A DNA stretch of 52,417 nt from the NCBI GenBank assembly GCA_029239905.1, contig JARBUB010000002.1, positions 1 through 52,417 of the forward strand, in the 5' to 3' direction. The notes below the pieces were generated by a model that had not been told where the DNA came from, did not search any database, and worked only from the letters and a program-made list of their open reading frames with translations. The position numbers and the translations under genes were made by a program. Source of the DNA: Clostridia bacterium (GTDB taxonomy: Bacteria; Bacillota; Clostridia; Lutisporales; Lutisporaceae). Every line of letters begins with the position of its first letter. Position 1 is the stretch's first letter. Below are positions 29,707 through 39,877 of the stretch, one piece after another.

Positions 29707-29986
29707 AAAATAATGGACTATATACCCTACTATTTAATATCTTTACAATTTCATCTTCTGTTTTGTTTGAAACATTTACAAGCAATGCTCCATAAGCTGC
29801 ATTTGCTCCTACCGTTGATGCGCTGGCTGAAGGTATGTTATTTACATCATAGTAAGGATATGTATCTGGCTCATTATATAATACCGCATCTGCTACACTG
29901 TTTTCTCCTATATAAAATACAGTATACCCCATGCTTTGCAATGTACTCTTTAACCCGTCTAAACCTCTTTGTATTGCTATATTCAA
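29705..29986 (-). CDS. ykuS: YkuS family protein (UPF0180)
   Basis: MNIAIQRGLDGLKSTLQSMGYTV... resembles YkuS. I chose the TTG at 29986 following GGAGGTGG. Confidence 0.65.
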   Translation of the reverse strand: MNIAIQRGLDGLKSTLQSMGYTVFYIGENSVADAVLYNEPDTYPYYDVNNIPSASASTVGANAAYGALLVNVSNKTEDEIVKILNSRVYSPLF

Positions 29987-30034
29987 AAAAACCACCTCCA
30001 AATATATTATTCTTTGGAAATGGTTTTTTTATTC

Positions 30035-30550
30035 CTACACTTTGCTGCTTATTCGCTTTTTTTGACATCTACTAATTGCCATTTGCTCCTCAACGGACAA
30101 TGGATAGGATGAAATCCCATTATCAATTGGCTTAGCGTAGCCTATAAATTCATTTCGTCCATATATTCCGGTAATTGATATTCCGTTGTCCAAATTATCC
30201 ATAATTGCTATAGAATAACTCAAATCACTACCTGTATCATCGAATGCATTGTATCTTACTATACTTTGCTTTTGCAGACATCTATCTAATTGGTCCTGCA
30301 TTTCATCTAATTTTGCGTTTATCGCGTCAAATTTTTGATCATTTGCCTTTATATTATCTAATTCCTCCAAAAAGATACCTTCGATATTCTTACCCGAAGT
30401 CCCCCTCATGAACTTTTTATATTTTCTATTAAGCACTGCAAGTTGAAACGACAGCACGATATTCCATATCATACTTACAATAATTATCACACCAAGAGTT
30501 ATTATTACAGTATTTAAATAATTTCCTAAAAAGGTATTTATGTTTTCCAT
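30035..30550 (-). CDS. DUF4446 family protein
   Basis: N-terminal TM helix, then a coiled-coil and an alpha/beta domain. It occupies the position downstream of the parAB locus that I recall for DUF4446 in Firmicutes. ATG at 30550. Confidence 0.65.
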   Translation of the reverse strand: MENINTFLGNYLNTVIITLGVIIIVSMIWNIVLSFQLAVLNRKYKKFMRGTSGKNIEGIFLEELDNIKANDQKFDAINAKLDEMQDQLDRCLQKQSIVRYNAFDDTGSDLSYSIAIMDNLDNGISITGIYGRNEFIGYAKPIDNGISSYPLSVEEQMAISRCQKKRISSKV

Positions 30551-30552
30551 TA

Positions 30553-31701
30553 TTAAAAGCACTCCTCTTTTGCTATAGACTTCAAGGCTATAATTGCCTT
30601 ATCTATTTCGTCCCATGTATTAAAATATCCAAAACTAAACCTAACAGCCCCTTGTTGACCTGATCCAATGGTCTGATGTGCCAAAGGCGCGCAGTGAAGC
30701 CCCGGCCTTGTTGCTATATCATATTGGTTATCCAGTAAGAAACTTACCTCTGACGATGCCCTATTCTTGATGTTTAGTGATACAACTGGCGCTTGTTTCT
30801 TTATGTCATTTGGCCCATATATTATTATATCATCAATTTCAGATACCTGCTTTAAGAAATAACTTGTTATTTCTTCTTCATGGCCTCTAATCTTGTCAAT
30901 TCCAATTTCTTTAATGAATTTTATTCCAGCAGCTAAACCCGCTATTCCAGGTGTATTTGGAGTTCCACTTTCGTATTTGTCTGGAAGCATCTCCGGTTGC
31001 ATAAGTGACTCTGACATGCTTCCAGTGCCACCTTCCCTCAACTGTCGCAGATTGACACCTTCTTTAACATAAAACCCTCCCACACCTTGTGGCCCCATTA
31101 GCCCCTTATGCCCGGTAAATGTCAGTATATCAACGTTAATATCCGAAACATCAATTTTATAAGTGCCTGCCGTTTGAGCAGAATCTATAATATACAGAAG
31201 CTTATTTTGCTTTGCTATTTCCCCAATTTCTTTTATAGGCATTAATACGCCAGTTACATTCGAAGCATGTGTAGTAATTATAACTCTAGTGTTTTCCTTA
31301 ATACTAGTCTGTAAGTCAATTAAATTTAGCTCCCCTAACATATTGCACTTAATAATTGTTGTTTCTACGCCTAAATTCTCAAGTTGTTTTAGCGGTCTTA
31401 ATACCGAATTGTGTTCCATACTGGTAGTAATTATATGGTCCCCTTCCTTTACTACTCCTTTTATGGCTGTATTTAATGCATCTGTCGCATTAAGAGTAAA
31501 TATTATATTTTCAGACTTCTTTGCGCCAAATAATTCAGCTAGAAGTTCTCTCGTTTCTAGCACTCTTCTTCCTGCTTCCATAGAAAGTTTGTGTCCTGAC
31601 CTTCCTGGGTTCGCACAATAGTCTCTCATGCATCTATTTACAGCTTGATATACACTTTCTGGCTTTGGGTAGGTTGTAGCCGCATTATCAAAATATATCA
31701 T
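30553..31701 (-). CDS. class V aminotransferase / cysteine desulfurase family protein
   Basis: MIYFDNAATTYPKP start, PLP-lysine context FTGHKGLMGPQG, and the active-site loop region HCAPLAH. Confidence 0.85.
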   Translation of the reverse strand: MIYFDNAATTYPKPESVYQAVNRCMRDYCANPGRSGHKLSMEAGRRVLETRELLAELFGAKKSENIIFTLNATDALNTAIKGVVKEGDHIITTSMEHNSVLRPLKQLENLGVETTIIKCNMLGELNLIDLQTSIKENTRVIITTHASNVTGVLMPIKEIGEIAKQNKLLYIIDSAQTAGTYKIDVSDINVDILTFTGHKGLMGPQGVGGFYVKEGVNLRQLREGGTGSMSESLMQPEMLPDKYESGTPNTPGIAGLAAGIKFIKEIGIDKIRGHEEEITSYFLKQVSEIDDIIIYGPNDIKKQAPVVSLNIKNRASSEVSFLLDNQYDIATRPGLHCAPLAHQTIGSGQQGAVRFSFGYFNTWDEIDKAIIALKSIAKEECF

Positions 31702-31713
31702 GTTATCCTCCTT

Positions 31714-31729
31714 TGTTTCACGTGAAACA
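31714..31729. promoter_or_regulatory. parS: parS site, perfect 16-bp palindrome TGTTTCACGTGAAACA
   Basis: Exact match to the Firmicutes parS consensus TGTTNCACGTGAAACA. On the minus strand it abuts the SD AAGGAGG of the aminotransferase gene. Confidence 0.85.
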
Positions 31730-31798
31730 ATTCTTGGTATATTTCTACTCGTTGATCAATGACTTTTATAAATATTGTAGAAATAATCTTCAGAGCAA

Positions 31799-31814
31799 TG
31801 TTTCACGTGAAACA
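31799..31814. promoter_or_regulatory. parS: parS site, second perfect copy, embedded in a 28-bp perfect palindrome (31793-31820)
   Basis: TGTTTCACGTGAAACA flanked by GAGCAA/TTGCTC, about 105 bp downstream of the parB stop codon. Confidence 0.85.
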
Positions 31815-31920
31815 TTGCTCCATTTCGCGTTTAAATAAGTTGTAAGGCTTCTTCGTTATTTTTAATGTTAAGGTATTGCTATTCAAAAAACAACGCGTCA
31901 TAACTCATTTAAAAGAGCCG

Positions 31921-32754
31921 CTATTTTCGTAGCAGCTCTAATATTCTTTCCAAATCATCGTTACTATAATACTCAATCTCAATTTTACCTTTGTTCTTTT
32001 TATGTACTATATTAACTTTTGTTGCAAAAGTCCTTTTTAGCTGTTCTTCTAATTCTACAATTTCTACGTCTTTTTTATTTTCTTTCTTCTCTTCCGTTTT
32101 ATCTTTTTGCATCACAAGCTTTTCTATGTCACGAACATTTAGTTGTTGATCAATTATCTTCTGCGCAATCTCCATTTGCTTCTTTTTATCTTCAATTGCA
32201 AGAAGGGCTCTTGCATGTCCTGCTGTAATCTTCCCTTGTACAACCATACTTCTTATTTCTTCCGGCAAATTTAAAAGTCTTAAAGTATTTGCTATAGCAG
32301 AACGGCTTTTGCCGATTTTTTCTGAGATATCTTCCTGAGTCATATCATGCTCTTCTATGAGGCTCTTATACGCCAAGGCTTCTTCAATAGAGTTTAGATC
32401 TTGCCTTTGCAAGTTTTCAATAAGAGCTATTTCCATTACTTGTACATTGCTATAATCCTTAACAACAACGGGAACAGTCTTTAAGCCAGCTATTCTAGCC
32501 GCTCTCCATCTTCGCTCGCCCGCTACAATTTGATAACTGTCATCAAGTTTTCTGACAATTATGGGTTGTACAACGCCATGTTCTTTAATTGACCCAGACA
32601 ATTCTTGAAGAGCTTGATCTTCAAAAAAGCGTCTCGGTTGATTTTGATTTGCCTCCAGTTCTGTAATTTTCAATTCAGTAACTGTGGAGGTTACATCCTG
32701 CTCGTTCTCTCTTATTAAGGCCCCTAAACCTTTGCCTAATCCATTCTTTTTCAT
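31921..32754 (-). CDS. parB: chromosome partitioning protein ParB (Spo0J)
   Basis: ParB-box motifs QPRRFF, HGVVQPIIVR and GERRWRAA, plus an HTH. One-nucleotide TAATG overlap with parA. Confidence 0.92.
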   Translation of the reverse strand: MKKNGLGKGLGALIRENEQDVTSTVTELKITELEANQNQPRRFFEDQALQELSGSIKEHGVVQPIIVRKLDDSYQIVAGERRWRAARIAGLKTVPVVVKDYSNVQVMEIALIENLQRQDLNSIEEALAYKSLIEEHDMTQEDISEKIGKSRSAIANTLRLLNLPEEIRSMVVQGKITAGHARALLAIEDKKKQMEIAQKIIDQQLNVRDIEKLVMQKDKTEEKKENKKDVEIVELEEQLKRTFATKVNIVHKKNKGKIEIEYYSNDDLERILELLRK

Positions 32755-33527
32755 TAGTTTGCATCCTCACTTAAATATATAAATTCATCTGCGAGCTCAG
32801 AGTATGCCTCTGCACCTTTAGATTTCTGATCATATTTTATTATTGAAAGCCCAAAACTAGGAGCTTCTGCTAGTCTTACATTTCTAGGTATCATAGTGGC
32901 ATAAACCTTTCCTTTAAAGTACTTCTTAACTTCATCTACTACTTGGATTGAAAGATTCGTTCTGCCATCAAACATACTTAGTACAACACCCTCAACCTCT
33001 AAATTTGGATTTAAACTCTTCTTGACTAGTTTAATGGTATTCATAAGCTGACTAACTCCCTCTAATGCATAGTACTCACATTGTATTGGAATAAGTACGC
33101 TATCTACCGCAGATAAAGCATTTATAGACAAAAGACCTAATGATGGAGGGCAATCAATAAACACAAAATCAAACTGATTTCTGATACTATCAATGCAATC
33201 CTTAAGTTTAAGTTCACGTTCTTTCAGAGTGGTCAACTCAATTTCCGCACCGGCTAGCTGTACGCTGGAAGGTATAAGAAATAAATTCTCCTGATTGGTC
33301 GGAATTATACATTTAATTGGTTCAATACCATTTATCAATGTGTCATAAATATCAAATTCAACTTCATTTTTGTCGACTCCTATACCACTTGTCGTATTAC
33401 CTTGAGGATCTATATCGATGATTAAAATCTTCTTGCCTCGATCTGCCAGACAAGCACTTAAATTAATAGCCGTAGTGGTCTTGCCCACACCACCCTTCTG
33501 ATTAAAGATTGCAATTGCTTTTGCCAT
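32754..33527 (-). CDS. parA: chromosome partitioning ATPase ParA (Soj)
   Basis: Deviant Walker A NQKGGVGKTTT and DCPPSLG, with typical Soj length. Confidence 0.93.
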   Translation of the reverse strand: MAKAIAIFNQKGGVGKTTTAINLSACLADRGKKILIIDIDPQGNTTSGIGVDKNEVEFDIYDTLINGIEPIKCIIPTNQENLFLIPSSVQLAGAEIELTTLKERELKLKDCIDSIRNQFDFVFIDCPPSLGLLSINALSAVDSVLIPIQCEYYALEGVSQLMNTIKLVKKSLNPNLEVEGVVLSMFDGRTNLSIQVVDEVKKYFKGKVYATMIPRNVRLAEAPSFGLSIIKYDQKSKGAEAYSELADEFIYLSEDAN

Positions 33528-33587
33528 ATCTACACCCCTTAAAAAAGTAAATATTAATAAAAAAACCTCTTATATCTATAATATATT

Positions 33588-33633
33588 AATTCGCATAGAT
33601 ATTAAAGTAAAAACTTCAATATCTATGCGAATT
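33588..33633. repeat. 16-bp perfect inverted repeat AATTCGCATAGATATT / AATATCTATGCGAATT with a 14-nt spacer
   Basis: Read directly from the sequence. It lies in the divergent intergenic region between parA (-) and the UPF0016 gene (+). Confidence 0.6.
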
Positions 33634-33728
33634 ATCGAAATAAACACGGTTTTTTTTAAGTATTGTAATATCGCGCCTCAAAATAAATATAATATAATAA
33701 TTGAATTTTCGAAGGTAAGGAGGACAAA

Positions 33729-33998
33729 ATGCTAAAAGCTATACTTTCCACTTTCTTATTGGTCTTTATTGCTGAGCTAGGAGATAAAACACAGCTGGCT
33801 ACAATGCTTCTATCTGCAAAATCAAACTCAGTTACCCCTGTATTCATAGGGGCTAGCCTTGCTCTCATATGCAGCTCATTTATCGGAGTGTTCGCAGGTA
33901 CATATTTAACAAGATATGTGCCTCCACATTATTTGCAAAATGTGGCTGGTGTATTATTTCTACTTATGGGTGCGTTAATTTTGTCAGGAAAAATCTAA
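33729..33998 (+). CDS. single-domain UPF0016 (GDT1/TMEM165) family membrane protein
   Basis: 89 aa with three TM helices and one copy of the family signature E-x-G-D-K-T (AELGDKTQ). SD AAGGAGG. Confidence 0.8.
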   Translation: MLKAILSTFLLVFIAELGDKTQLATMLLSAKSNSVTPVFIGASLALICSSFIGVFAGTYLTRYVPPHYLQNVAGVLFLLMGALILSGKI

Positions 33999-34056
33999 TA
34001 TTTTCTATCTAAAAATGTAAAGTGCTCCTCCCTAGCTAGTCACTATTTTTGTACAT

Positions 34057-34082
34057 AAAAAAAGCAGCCATCGCTGCTTTTA
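34057..34082. terminator. bidirectional terminator between the UPF0016 gene and noc
   Basis: AAAGCAGC-CATC-GCTGCTTT with flanking A and T runs. It overlaps the noc stop codon. Confidence 0.7.
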
Positions 34083-34892
34083 TGCGTTTTTGGGTACTTT
34101 TAAGGTTATTTCAATATATTCACCTTTATCAACTTGATCATAATCAATTTTATAACCAGTTTTAATGATATCTTTATATGTATTCTTAATTGTATTTACA
34201 TAAATATTATAGCTAATCTTCCCTCTCATTTTTCGTTCTGATTTTGGCTCTTTTTCAGCTGCAACCTCATCAAGCATCTTTTCGATCATTTCTTCAGTTT
34301 TCTTTACATTTAGCTGCTTCTTTAGAATTGTCTTAAGAGCCTTGCTTTGTAATCCCTCATCTTGAAGCTTAAGAAGTGCCCTTGCATGTCTCTCAGTAAG
34401 ACCATTTTCTAAAATAGCTACCTTGACGACTTGCGGAAGTTTTAGAATTCTCAGCTTATTAGCGACAGTAGATTGTTTCTTCCCAACTTTCTGTGCTAAT
34501 TCTTCTTGTGTTATCCCATGGTCATTTATAAGATTATAATAGCCCTCAGCTTCTTCTATAAAATTCAAATCTTCTCTTTGTAAATTTTCAATAAGTGCTA
34601 TTATTGCAGAATCATGCTCTACCACAGCATTAATCACTGCAGGTATTTCATTCAATCCTGCCAGTTTTGAGGCCCTAAGCCTTCTTTCCCCCGAAATAAG
34701 TTCAAAAAAATCATCACCTATACTTCTTACATTTATAGGTTGTAATACACCATATTCTTTAATAGATGCAGACAATTCTTCTAAGGCACTTTTGTTAAAC
34801 TCTTTTCGCGGCTGATAAGGATTGGGTGCTATTCGGTCAACAGCTATACTCTTTACTACCAAATTTTCACTCAAGTCCATCATTCCTCTCAT
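34080..34892 (-). CDS. noc: ParB-family nucleoid occlusion-like protein
   Basis: ParB motifs PNPYQPRKEF and GERRLRAS. It lies directly downstream of rsmG, as noc does in Firmicutes. Function as a true Noc is inferred from synteny only. Confidence 0.75.
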   Translation of the reverse strand: MRGMMDLSENLVVKSIAVDRIAPNPYQPRKEFNKSALEELSASIKEYGVLQPINVRSIGDDFFELISGERRLRASKLAGLNEIPAVINAVVEHDSAIIALIENLQREDLNFIEEAEGYYNLINDHGITQEELAQKVGKKQSTVANKLRILKLPQVVKVAILENGLTERHARALLKLQDEGLQSKALKTILKKQLNVKKTEEMIEKMLDEVAAEKEPKSERKMRGKISYNIYVNTIKNTYKDIIKTGYKIDYDQVDKGEYIEITLKVPKNA

Positions 34893-35006
34893 TTATATGC
34901 TTGTACAATAATAACCTATCATAAATAATTCGCTAAATAACCACAACTTCCTTCTATATTTTCTTATATCGCTTTGATTATTTATCTACATAATTTGCGC
35001 TCGATG

Positions 35007-35723
35007 TCAAATTATAGGCTCTGCTGCAGGTTTTCCGGCTTTTCTTGGATAATTTGACGGCGTCTGCTTAACCTTTTCTATAATTATTACATAATGTGTT
35101 ATATCACTGTATGCCAATTTATAACTTTTGATTTCTTTTATTCGCCCGCCAAGGAGTTCTATTGCATTTTTCGCATTCTCAAGCTCTTCTTTATAGGAGG
35201 GTCCCTTCTGACAAATAAAATAACCGCCAACCTTTACAAAGGGAAGGCAATACTCACATAGAACATTCATGGCAGCTACGGCCCGAGAAAGGGCTATATC
35301 ATATTTTTCCCGGTACTGCTTATTAATTCCTCCATCCTCTGCCCTTGAGTGCACAAGCTTCATATTACTTAGCTGAAGTTTATTTACAACATCTTCTAAA
35401 TACTTAATTCTTTTATTCAAGGAGTCAAGTAGGGTAACCTTTAGACTATCATTCAATATTTTAATAGGCAGACCTGGGAATCCTGCACCTGTTCCTACAT
35501 CAATAACTTCACTTCCATCCCTTATATAACCAGTTGCTATACAAGAAGCAGAATCAACAAAGTGTTTTATGTCAACTTCGTTAGATTCAGTTATGGCTGT
35601 TAAGTTAATCTTCTCGTTCCATTCAATGAGAAGCCCCTTTAGTACTTCAAATTTATCAAGTATTTCAGGCGTCGTTTCTATATTAAGCTGCTGTAAACCA
35701 CTTTTTAATATGCTGCTACTCAA
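35007..35723 (-). CDS. rsmG: 16S rRNA (guanine527-N7)-methyltransferase
   Basis: SAM-binding [18 protein letters not shown] chose the TTG at 35723 after GGAG, which overlaps the mnmG end by 8 nt. The start is uncertain, and the track alternative is 35759. Confidence 0.88.
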   Translation of the reverse strand: MSSSILKSGLQQLNIETTPEILDKFEVLKGLLIEWNEKINLTAITESNEVDIKHFVDSASCIATGYIRDGSEVIDVGTGAGFPGLPIKILNDSLKVTLLDSLNKRIKYLEDVVNKLQLSNMKLVHSRAEDGGINKQYREKYDIALSRAVAAMNVLCEYCLPFVKVGGYFICQKGPSYKEELENAKNAIELLGGRIKEIKSYKLAYSDITHYVIIIEKVKQTPSNYPRKAGKPAAEPII

Positions 35724-37608
35724 TAGTATCACTCCTTCTACTTCTTCGCATCTGCTCAATATAAACCATAAGCACAGAAATATCCGCTGGTGAAACTCCG
35801 GAAATTCTGGATGCCTGCCCTAAATTATCAGGTTTTATTTTATTAAGTTTTTGCTGAGCTTCAATTGATAGTCCTTTTATGTCCATATAGTCAATAAATC
35901 TTAATTTCTTGTTCTCCAGCTTTCTAAATTGCTCAACTTGGCTTAATTGCTTCTTTATATATCCCTCGTACTTTATCTGTGTCTCAACCTGCTCTCCCGC
36001 TTCTCTGCTAAGATAGGCAAATTCATCATCTATTTCACTCAAGTTAAAATAGGTTATCTCTGGGCGTTTTAATAGCTCATATAGAGAAATTCCACCTTTT
36101 ATTTCAGCACTTTGATACTTTTCTAAAAATTTCACTACATTATCTGTGCTAGTAACTCTTCTCATTTTCAACCTATCAATTTCTTTTTCTATTATCCTTT
36201 TCTTCTCAATAAACCTATTATACCGCTCGTCTGTGACAAGCCCTATATCGTAGCCCTTCTGTGTAAGTCTTAAATCTCCATTGTCTTGACGAAGTACAAG
36301 TCTATATTCAGATCTTGAAGTCATCATTCTATAAGGTTCATCGGTTCCTTTTGTCACTAAGTCATCAATAAGTACACCAATATAACCTTCAGATCTATCC
36401 AAAATCAGTGGTTCTTTGTTTTGTACCTTTAATGCTGCATTTATACCTGCAACAATTCCTTGTGCTGCAGCCTCTTCATAGCCTGAGCTTCCATTAATCT
36501 GACCAGCGAAATATAAGCCCGATAGAAGCTTTGACTCTAGGGTTAAATTAAGCTGCGTAGGATCTATACAATCATATTCAATAGCATACGCAGGTCTCGT
36601 TATGTGAGCCTCTTTGAGTCCTTCTATACTTTGGATCATCGCTATTTGAACATCCTCAGGCAAGCTTGAACTCATACCTTGAACATACATCTCCCTTGTA
36701 AAAACACCCTCAGGCTCAATAAATATCTGATGGGCTTCCTTATCAGGAAAACTAATGATTTTGGTCTCTATAGATGGGCAATACCTAGGTCCAACACCTA
36801 CTATGTCCCCTGTATACAATGGTGATCTATGCAGATTTTCTCTAATAACTTTATGTGTATTCTCGTTGGTATAAGTGAGATAGCAAGGAAGTTGGTCTAG
36901 ATCTATATCCCCAGTCAAGAATGAAAACGTATTGATATCTTGATCCCCTGGCTGCTCTGACATCTGCTCAAATACAACAGTTCTACTATCAATTCTAGCC
37001 GGTGTTCCTGTCTTAAATCTCCTTAAGTTAATGCCTATCTGCTCTAAGGAGTCAGACAGTTTCATTGCAGGAAAAAGTCCATTAGGCCCTCCATCGTAGC
37101 TGATTTCACCAATTACAATTTTACCCCTTAAATAAGTACCTGATGCAACAATAACGCATTTACATTTAAATACCGCACCCAAATGTGTAACTATGCTAAC
37201 TACTTTTCCCTCTTCATAATTGATTTTTATTACTTCAGCCTGCTTGATACTCAAGTTTTCTTGGCATTCTAATATATATTTCATTCTATCCTGATATTGC
37301 TTCTTATCAACTTGTGCCCTTAAGCTTCTGACTGCAGGACCTTTTTTTGTGTTAAGCATTCTGACCTGAAGCATTGTTTTGTCAGTATTGATACCCATTT
37401 CGCCACCTAATGCGTCTAATTCCCTGACTAAATTGCCTTTGGCGGGTCCGCCTATAGATGGATTGCAAGCCATCATAGCAATACTATCAAGATTTATAGC
37501 TGTAACCAAAGTCCGAACGCCCATTCTAGCGCATGCTAAAGCTGCTTCACAACCTGCGTGACCTGCACCAATAACAACAACATCGTATTCCCCTGCAAAA
37601 TATTCCAT
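35716..37608 (-). CDS. mnmG: tRNA uridine 5-carboxymethylaminomethyl modification enzyme MnmG (GidA)
   Basis: [26 protein letters not shown] motif, with full-length GidA similarity throughout. Confidence 0.96.
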   Translation of the reverse strand: MEYFAGEYDVVVIGAGHAGCEAALACARMGVRTLVTAINLDSIAMMACNPSIGGPAKGNLVRELDALGGEMGINTDKTMLQVRMLNTKKGPAVRSLRAQVDKKQYQDRMKYILECQENLSIKQAEVIKINYEEGKVVSIVTHLGAVFKCKCVIVASGTYLRGKIVIGEISYDGGPNGLFPAMKLSDSLEQIGINLRRFKTGTPARIDSRTVVFEQMSEQPGDQDINTFSFLTGDIDLDQLPCYLTYTNENTHKVIRENLHRSPLYTGDIVGVGPRYCPSIETKIISFPDKEAHQIFIEPEGVFTREMYVQGMSSSLPEDVQIAMIQSIEGLKEAHITRPAYAIEYDCIDPTQLNLTLESKLLSGLYFAGQINGSSGYEEAAAQGIVAGINAALKVQNKEPLILDRSEGYIGVLIDDLVTKGTDEPYRMMTSRSEYRLVLRQDNGDLRLTQKGYDIGLVTDERYNRFIEKKRIIEKEIDRLKMRRVTSTDNVVKFLEKYQSAEIKGGISLYELLKRPEITYFNLSEIDDEFAYLSREAGEQVETQIKYEGYIKKQLSQVEQFRKLENKKLRFIDYMDIKGLSIEAQQKLNKIKPDNLGQASRISGVSPADISVLMVYIEQMRRSRRSDTIE

Positions 37609-37618
37609 AGTATCACCC

Positions 37619-38998
37619 CTACTTACCTATACAAAACTTACTAAAAATTTCTTTTATAATATCTTCCTCAACTACATCCCCAGTAATTTGCCCCAACCTT
37701 CTCCATGCTTCTTTGAAATCTACTGATAGCAAATCTATAGGAACGCCTGCCTTTAATCCATCAATTGCCCTAGTCGCAGCATCTAAGCCTTTATCTAGCA
37801 AATCCTTATGTCTAATATTTGTAACCATCTTATTTTTACTTACACTCGCTTGGCCATGATAAACTAAATCTTTAATTTTATCTTCCAATTCCCCAATTCC
37901 TATCTTTTCCTTAACAGACATCCTTATTGCACTTCCCTGAGTTTGGGCATCTATAAGTTTATTTACATCTTCATGTACGCCTTTATCAATTTTATTAGCA
38001 GCTATAATCACTTTTTTCCCTTTTACTAGTTCTACTATTTCATAATCCTCCGAACGCAAAGGCATAGACGCATCAATTACAAGAATAATTACTTCCGCTT
38101 CTTCTATTGCTGATTTCGTTCTTTCAACACCGATCTTTTCAACTACATCCTCTGTTTCCCTTATGCCAGCTGTATCGATGAGCTTCACCAAAACACCGCC
38201 TATGTTGAGGTATTCCTCAATAATATCTCTTGTAGTACCGGGAATATCTGTGACAATAGCTCTACTTTCCTTTATCAACATATTAAGCAATGAGGACTTC
38301 CCAACATTAGGACTTCCAACGATAGCAGTACTCAATCCGTCTCTTATTATTTTTCCTTCTTCAAAGCTGTCACTAAGATTTTTCATTGTTGCAGCTACCT
38401 TAACTGCAGCCACCATTATATTATCCTGAGTTACTTCTTCAATATCATGCTCTGGAAAATCAATAGAAGCTTCAATATGTGCCAGTATTGATATTAACTC
38501 ATCCATTATACTATGAAGTTCCTTTGATAGTTCACCATCTAATTGATTTAAAGCAGCATTTAAACCAGTCTCAGTTTTAGATGTTATAACATCAATTACT
38601 GCTTCTGCTTGTGTTAAATCAATTCTTCCATTCAAAAATGCCCTTTTGGTAAATTCTCCAGGATCAGCCATAACTGCACCATTCTTTAGTACGAGTTCCA
38701 TAATTCTTCTTACTGGAATGATTCCACCATGACAATGAATTTCTACAACATCTTCCTTTGTATATGAATTAGGCTTCCTCATAATTATTGCTAATACTTC
38801 ATCTATTACATTGTCATTTCTGTCAACTATATGTCCATAAGAAACTACCCTCGAAGGTATTTCCAGGGCTGACTTACCTAATTTTGACTTGAAAATCTTA
38901 TCTAAAATATGTACTGCTATGTCTCCGCTGATCCTAACTATTCCTATTCCAGCTTCTCCTGGCGCTGTCGCAATAGCAGCAATGGTTTCGTCAATCAT
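37619..38998 (-). CDS. mnmE: tRNA modification GTPase MnmE (TrmE)
   Basis: [23 protein letters not shown]1 [11 protein letters not shown]3 DTAGIRET, and the C-terminal FCIGK motif. Confidence 0.96.
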   Translation of the reverse strand: MIDETIAAIATAPGEAGIGIVRISGDIAVHILDKIFKSKLGKSALEIPSRVVSYGHIVDRNDNVIDEVLAIIMRKPNSYTKEDVVEIHCHGGIIPVRRIMELVLKNGAVMADPGEFTKRAFLNGRIDLTQAEAVIDVITSKTETGLNAALNQLDGELSKELHSIMDELISILAHIEASIDFPEHDIEEVTQDNIMVAAVKVAATMKNLSDSFEEGKIIRDGLSTAIVGSPNVGKSSLLNMLIKESRAIVTDIPGTTRDIIEEYLNIGGVLVKLIDTAGIRETEDVVEKIGVERTKSAIEEAEVIILVIDASMPLRSEDYEIVELVKGKKVIIAANKIDKGVHEDVNKLIDAQTQGSAIRMSVKEKIGIGELEDKIKDLVYHGQASVSKNKMVTNIRHKDLLDKGLDAATRAIDGLKAGVPIDLLSVDFKEAWRRLGQITGDVVEEDIIKEIFSKFCIGK

Positions 38999-39133
38999 TT
39001 ATATGCTCCTTCCCATATAATTCGCACCTATACTCTATATACAAGCTACGAAAAGGGTATACTCAATTCATTATTTATTATTCCAATTAAATATAATATT
39101 ACTATTTTCATTTCATTCGGACAAGAAAAAATT

Positions 39134-39155
39134 AACCCAGTATTTCTACTGGGTT
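39134..39155 (-). terminator. rho-independent terminator after jag
   Basis: On the minus strand, AACCCAGTA-GAAA-TACTGGGTT is followed by AATTTTTT. Confidence 0.7.
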
Positions 39156-39160
39156 TTGAA

Positions 39161-39871
39161 CTATTTAAGTGCTATTACAACTTTTCTATAAGGTTCATCG
39201 CCCTCGCTAAAGGTAGTAACCTTATCATTATTCTGCAGGGATGAGTGAATTATTCTTCTTTCATAAGGATTCATCGGTTCAAGTTCTACCTTCTTACCGG
39301 TTTTTACAACTCCATCAGCTAAACGCTTTGACAATCTAACCAAGGTTTCTTCTCTCTTACGTCTGTAATCCTCTGTGTCAAGTATAACTCGCACATAACC
39401 TTCTCTTCCCTTATTCTTGTTTACAACAAGACTTACAAGGTATTGAAGAGAATCCAAGGTTTGCCCTCTTCTTCCTATAATAATACCCATCTTAGGCCCT
39501 GATAGATTAAGGTATAAACTGTCCTCTATACACTTAATTCTAATTTCAGCCTTAATATCCATGGCATTAAGCACTTCACGAAGAAATTTCTGTGCTGCAT
39601 TTTTATCTTCTTCTGATGCCGGTAATCCAGGTTCGCTTACTCTAGCTGGTTTTACTTCCCTAGCAGCTTTCGGCTTGAATTCATCTGTCTTACTTGCCAC
39701 TTCCTTAAGTCTAACCTGAACCGTTGCTTTCCTTGCTCCTAGACCAAAGAGACCCTTGCTAGGCTGCTCCAAAACTTCAATGGTTACTTGCTCTTTCGTG
39801 GCATTAAGATCTTTTAAAGCAAGTTCAATTGCTTCTTCAACTGTCTTTGCACTTTTTTCAATATATTTCAT
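39161..39871 (-). CDS. jag: Jag/KhpB RNA-binding protein (Jag_N, KH and R3H domains)
   Basis: Jag_N start MKYIEKSAKTVEEAIELAL, KH motif IIGRRGQTLDSLQYL, and R3H motif ERRIIHSSL. Synteny with yidC. Confidence 0.9.
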   Translation of the reverse strand: MKYIEKSAKTVEEAIELALKDLNATKEQVTIEVLEQPSKGLFGLGARKATVQVRLKEVASKTDEFKPKAAREVKPARVSEPGLPASEEDKNAAQKFLREVLNAMDIKAEIRIKCIEDSLYLNLSGPKMGIIIGRRGQTLDSLQYLVSLVVNKNKGREGYVRVILDTEDYRRKREETLVRLSKRLADGVVKTGKKVELEPMNPYERRIIHSSLQNNDKVTTFSEGDEPYRKVVIALK

Positions 39872-39877
39872 AGGTCA

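Noticed and set aside
33528-33728. A possible yybP-ykoY (Mn2+) riboswitch upstream of the UPF0016 transporter gene
   Set aside because: The region is short and almost purely A/T. It lacks the conserved G-rich junction sequences expected for that riboswitch, and only a simple inverted repeat is present.
33656-33868. 70-aa minus-strand ORF overlapping the start of the UPF0016 gene
   Set aside because: It is antisense to a gene with a strong SD and a family signature, and it has no SD or recognisable motif.
38999-39160. An expected DnaA-box cluster between jag and mnmE, by analogy with B. subtilis jag-thdF
   Set aside because: I saw no TCCACA/TGTGGA cores in this spacer, only a terminator and AT-rich promoter-like DNA.
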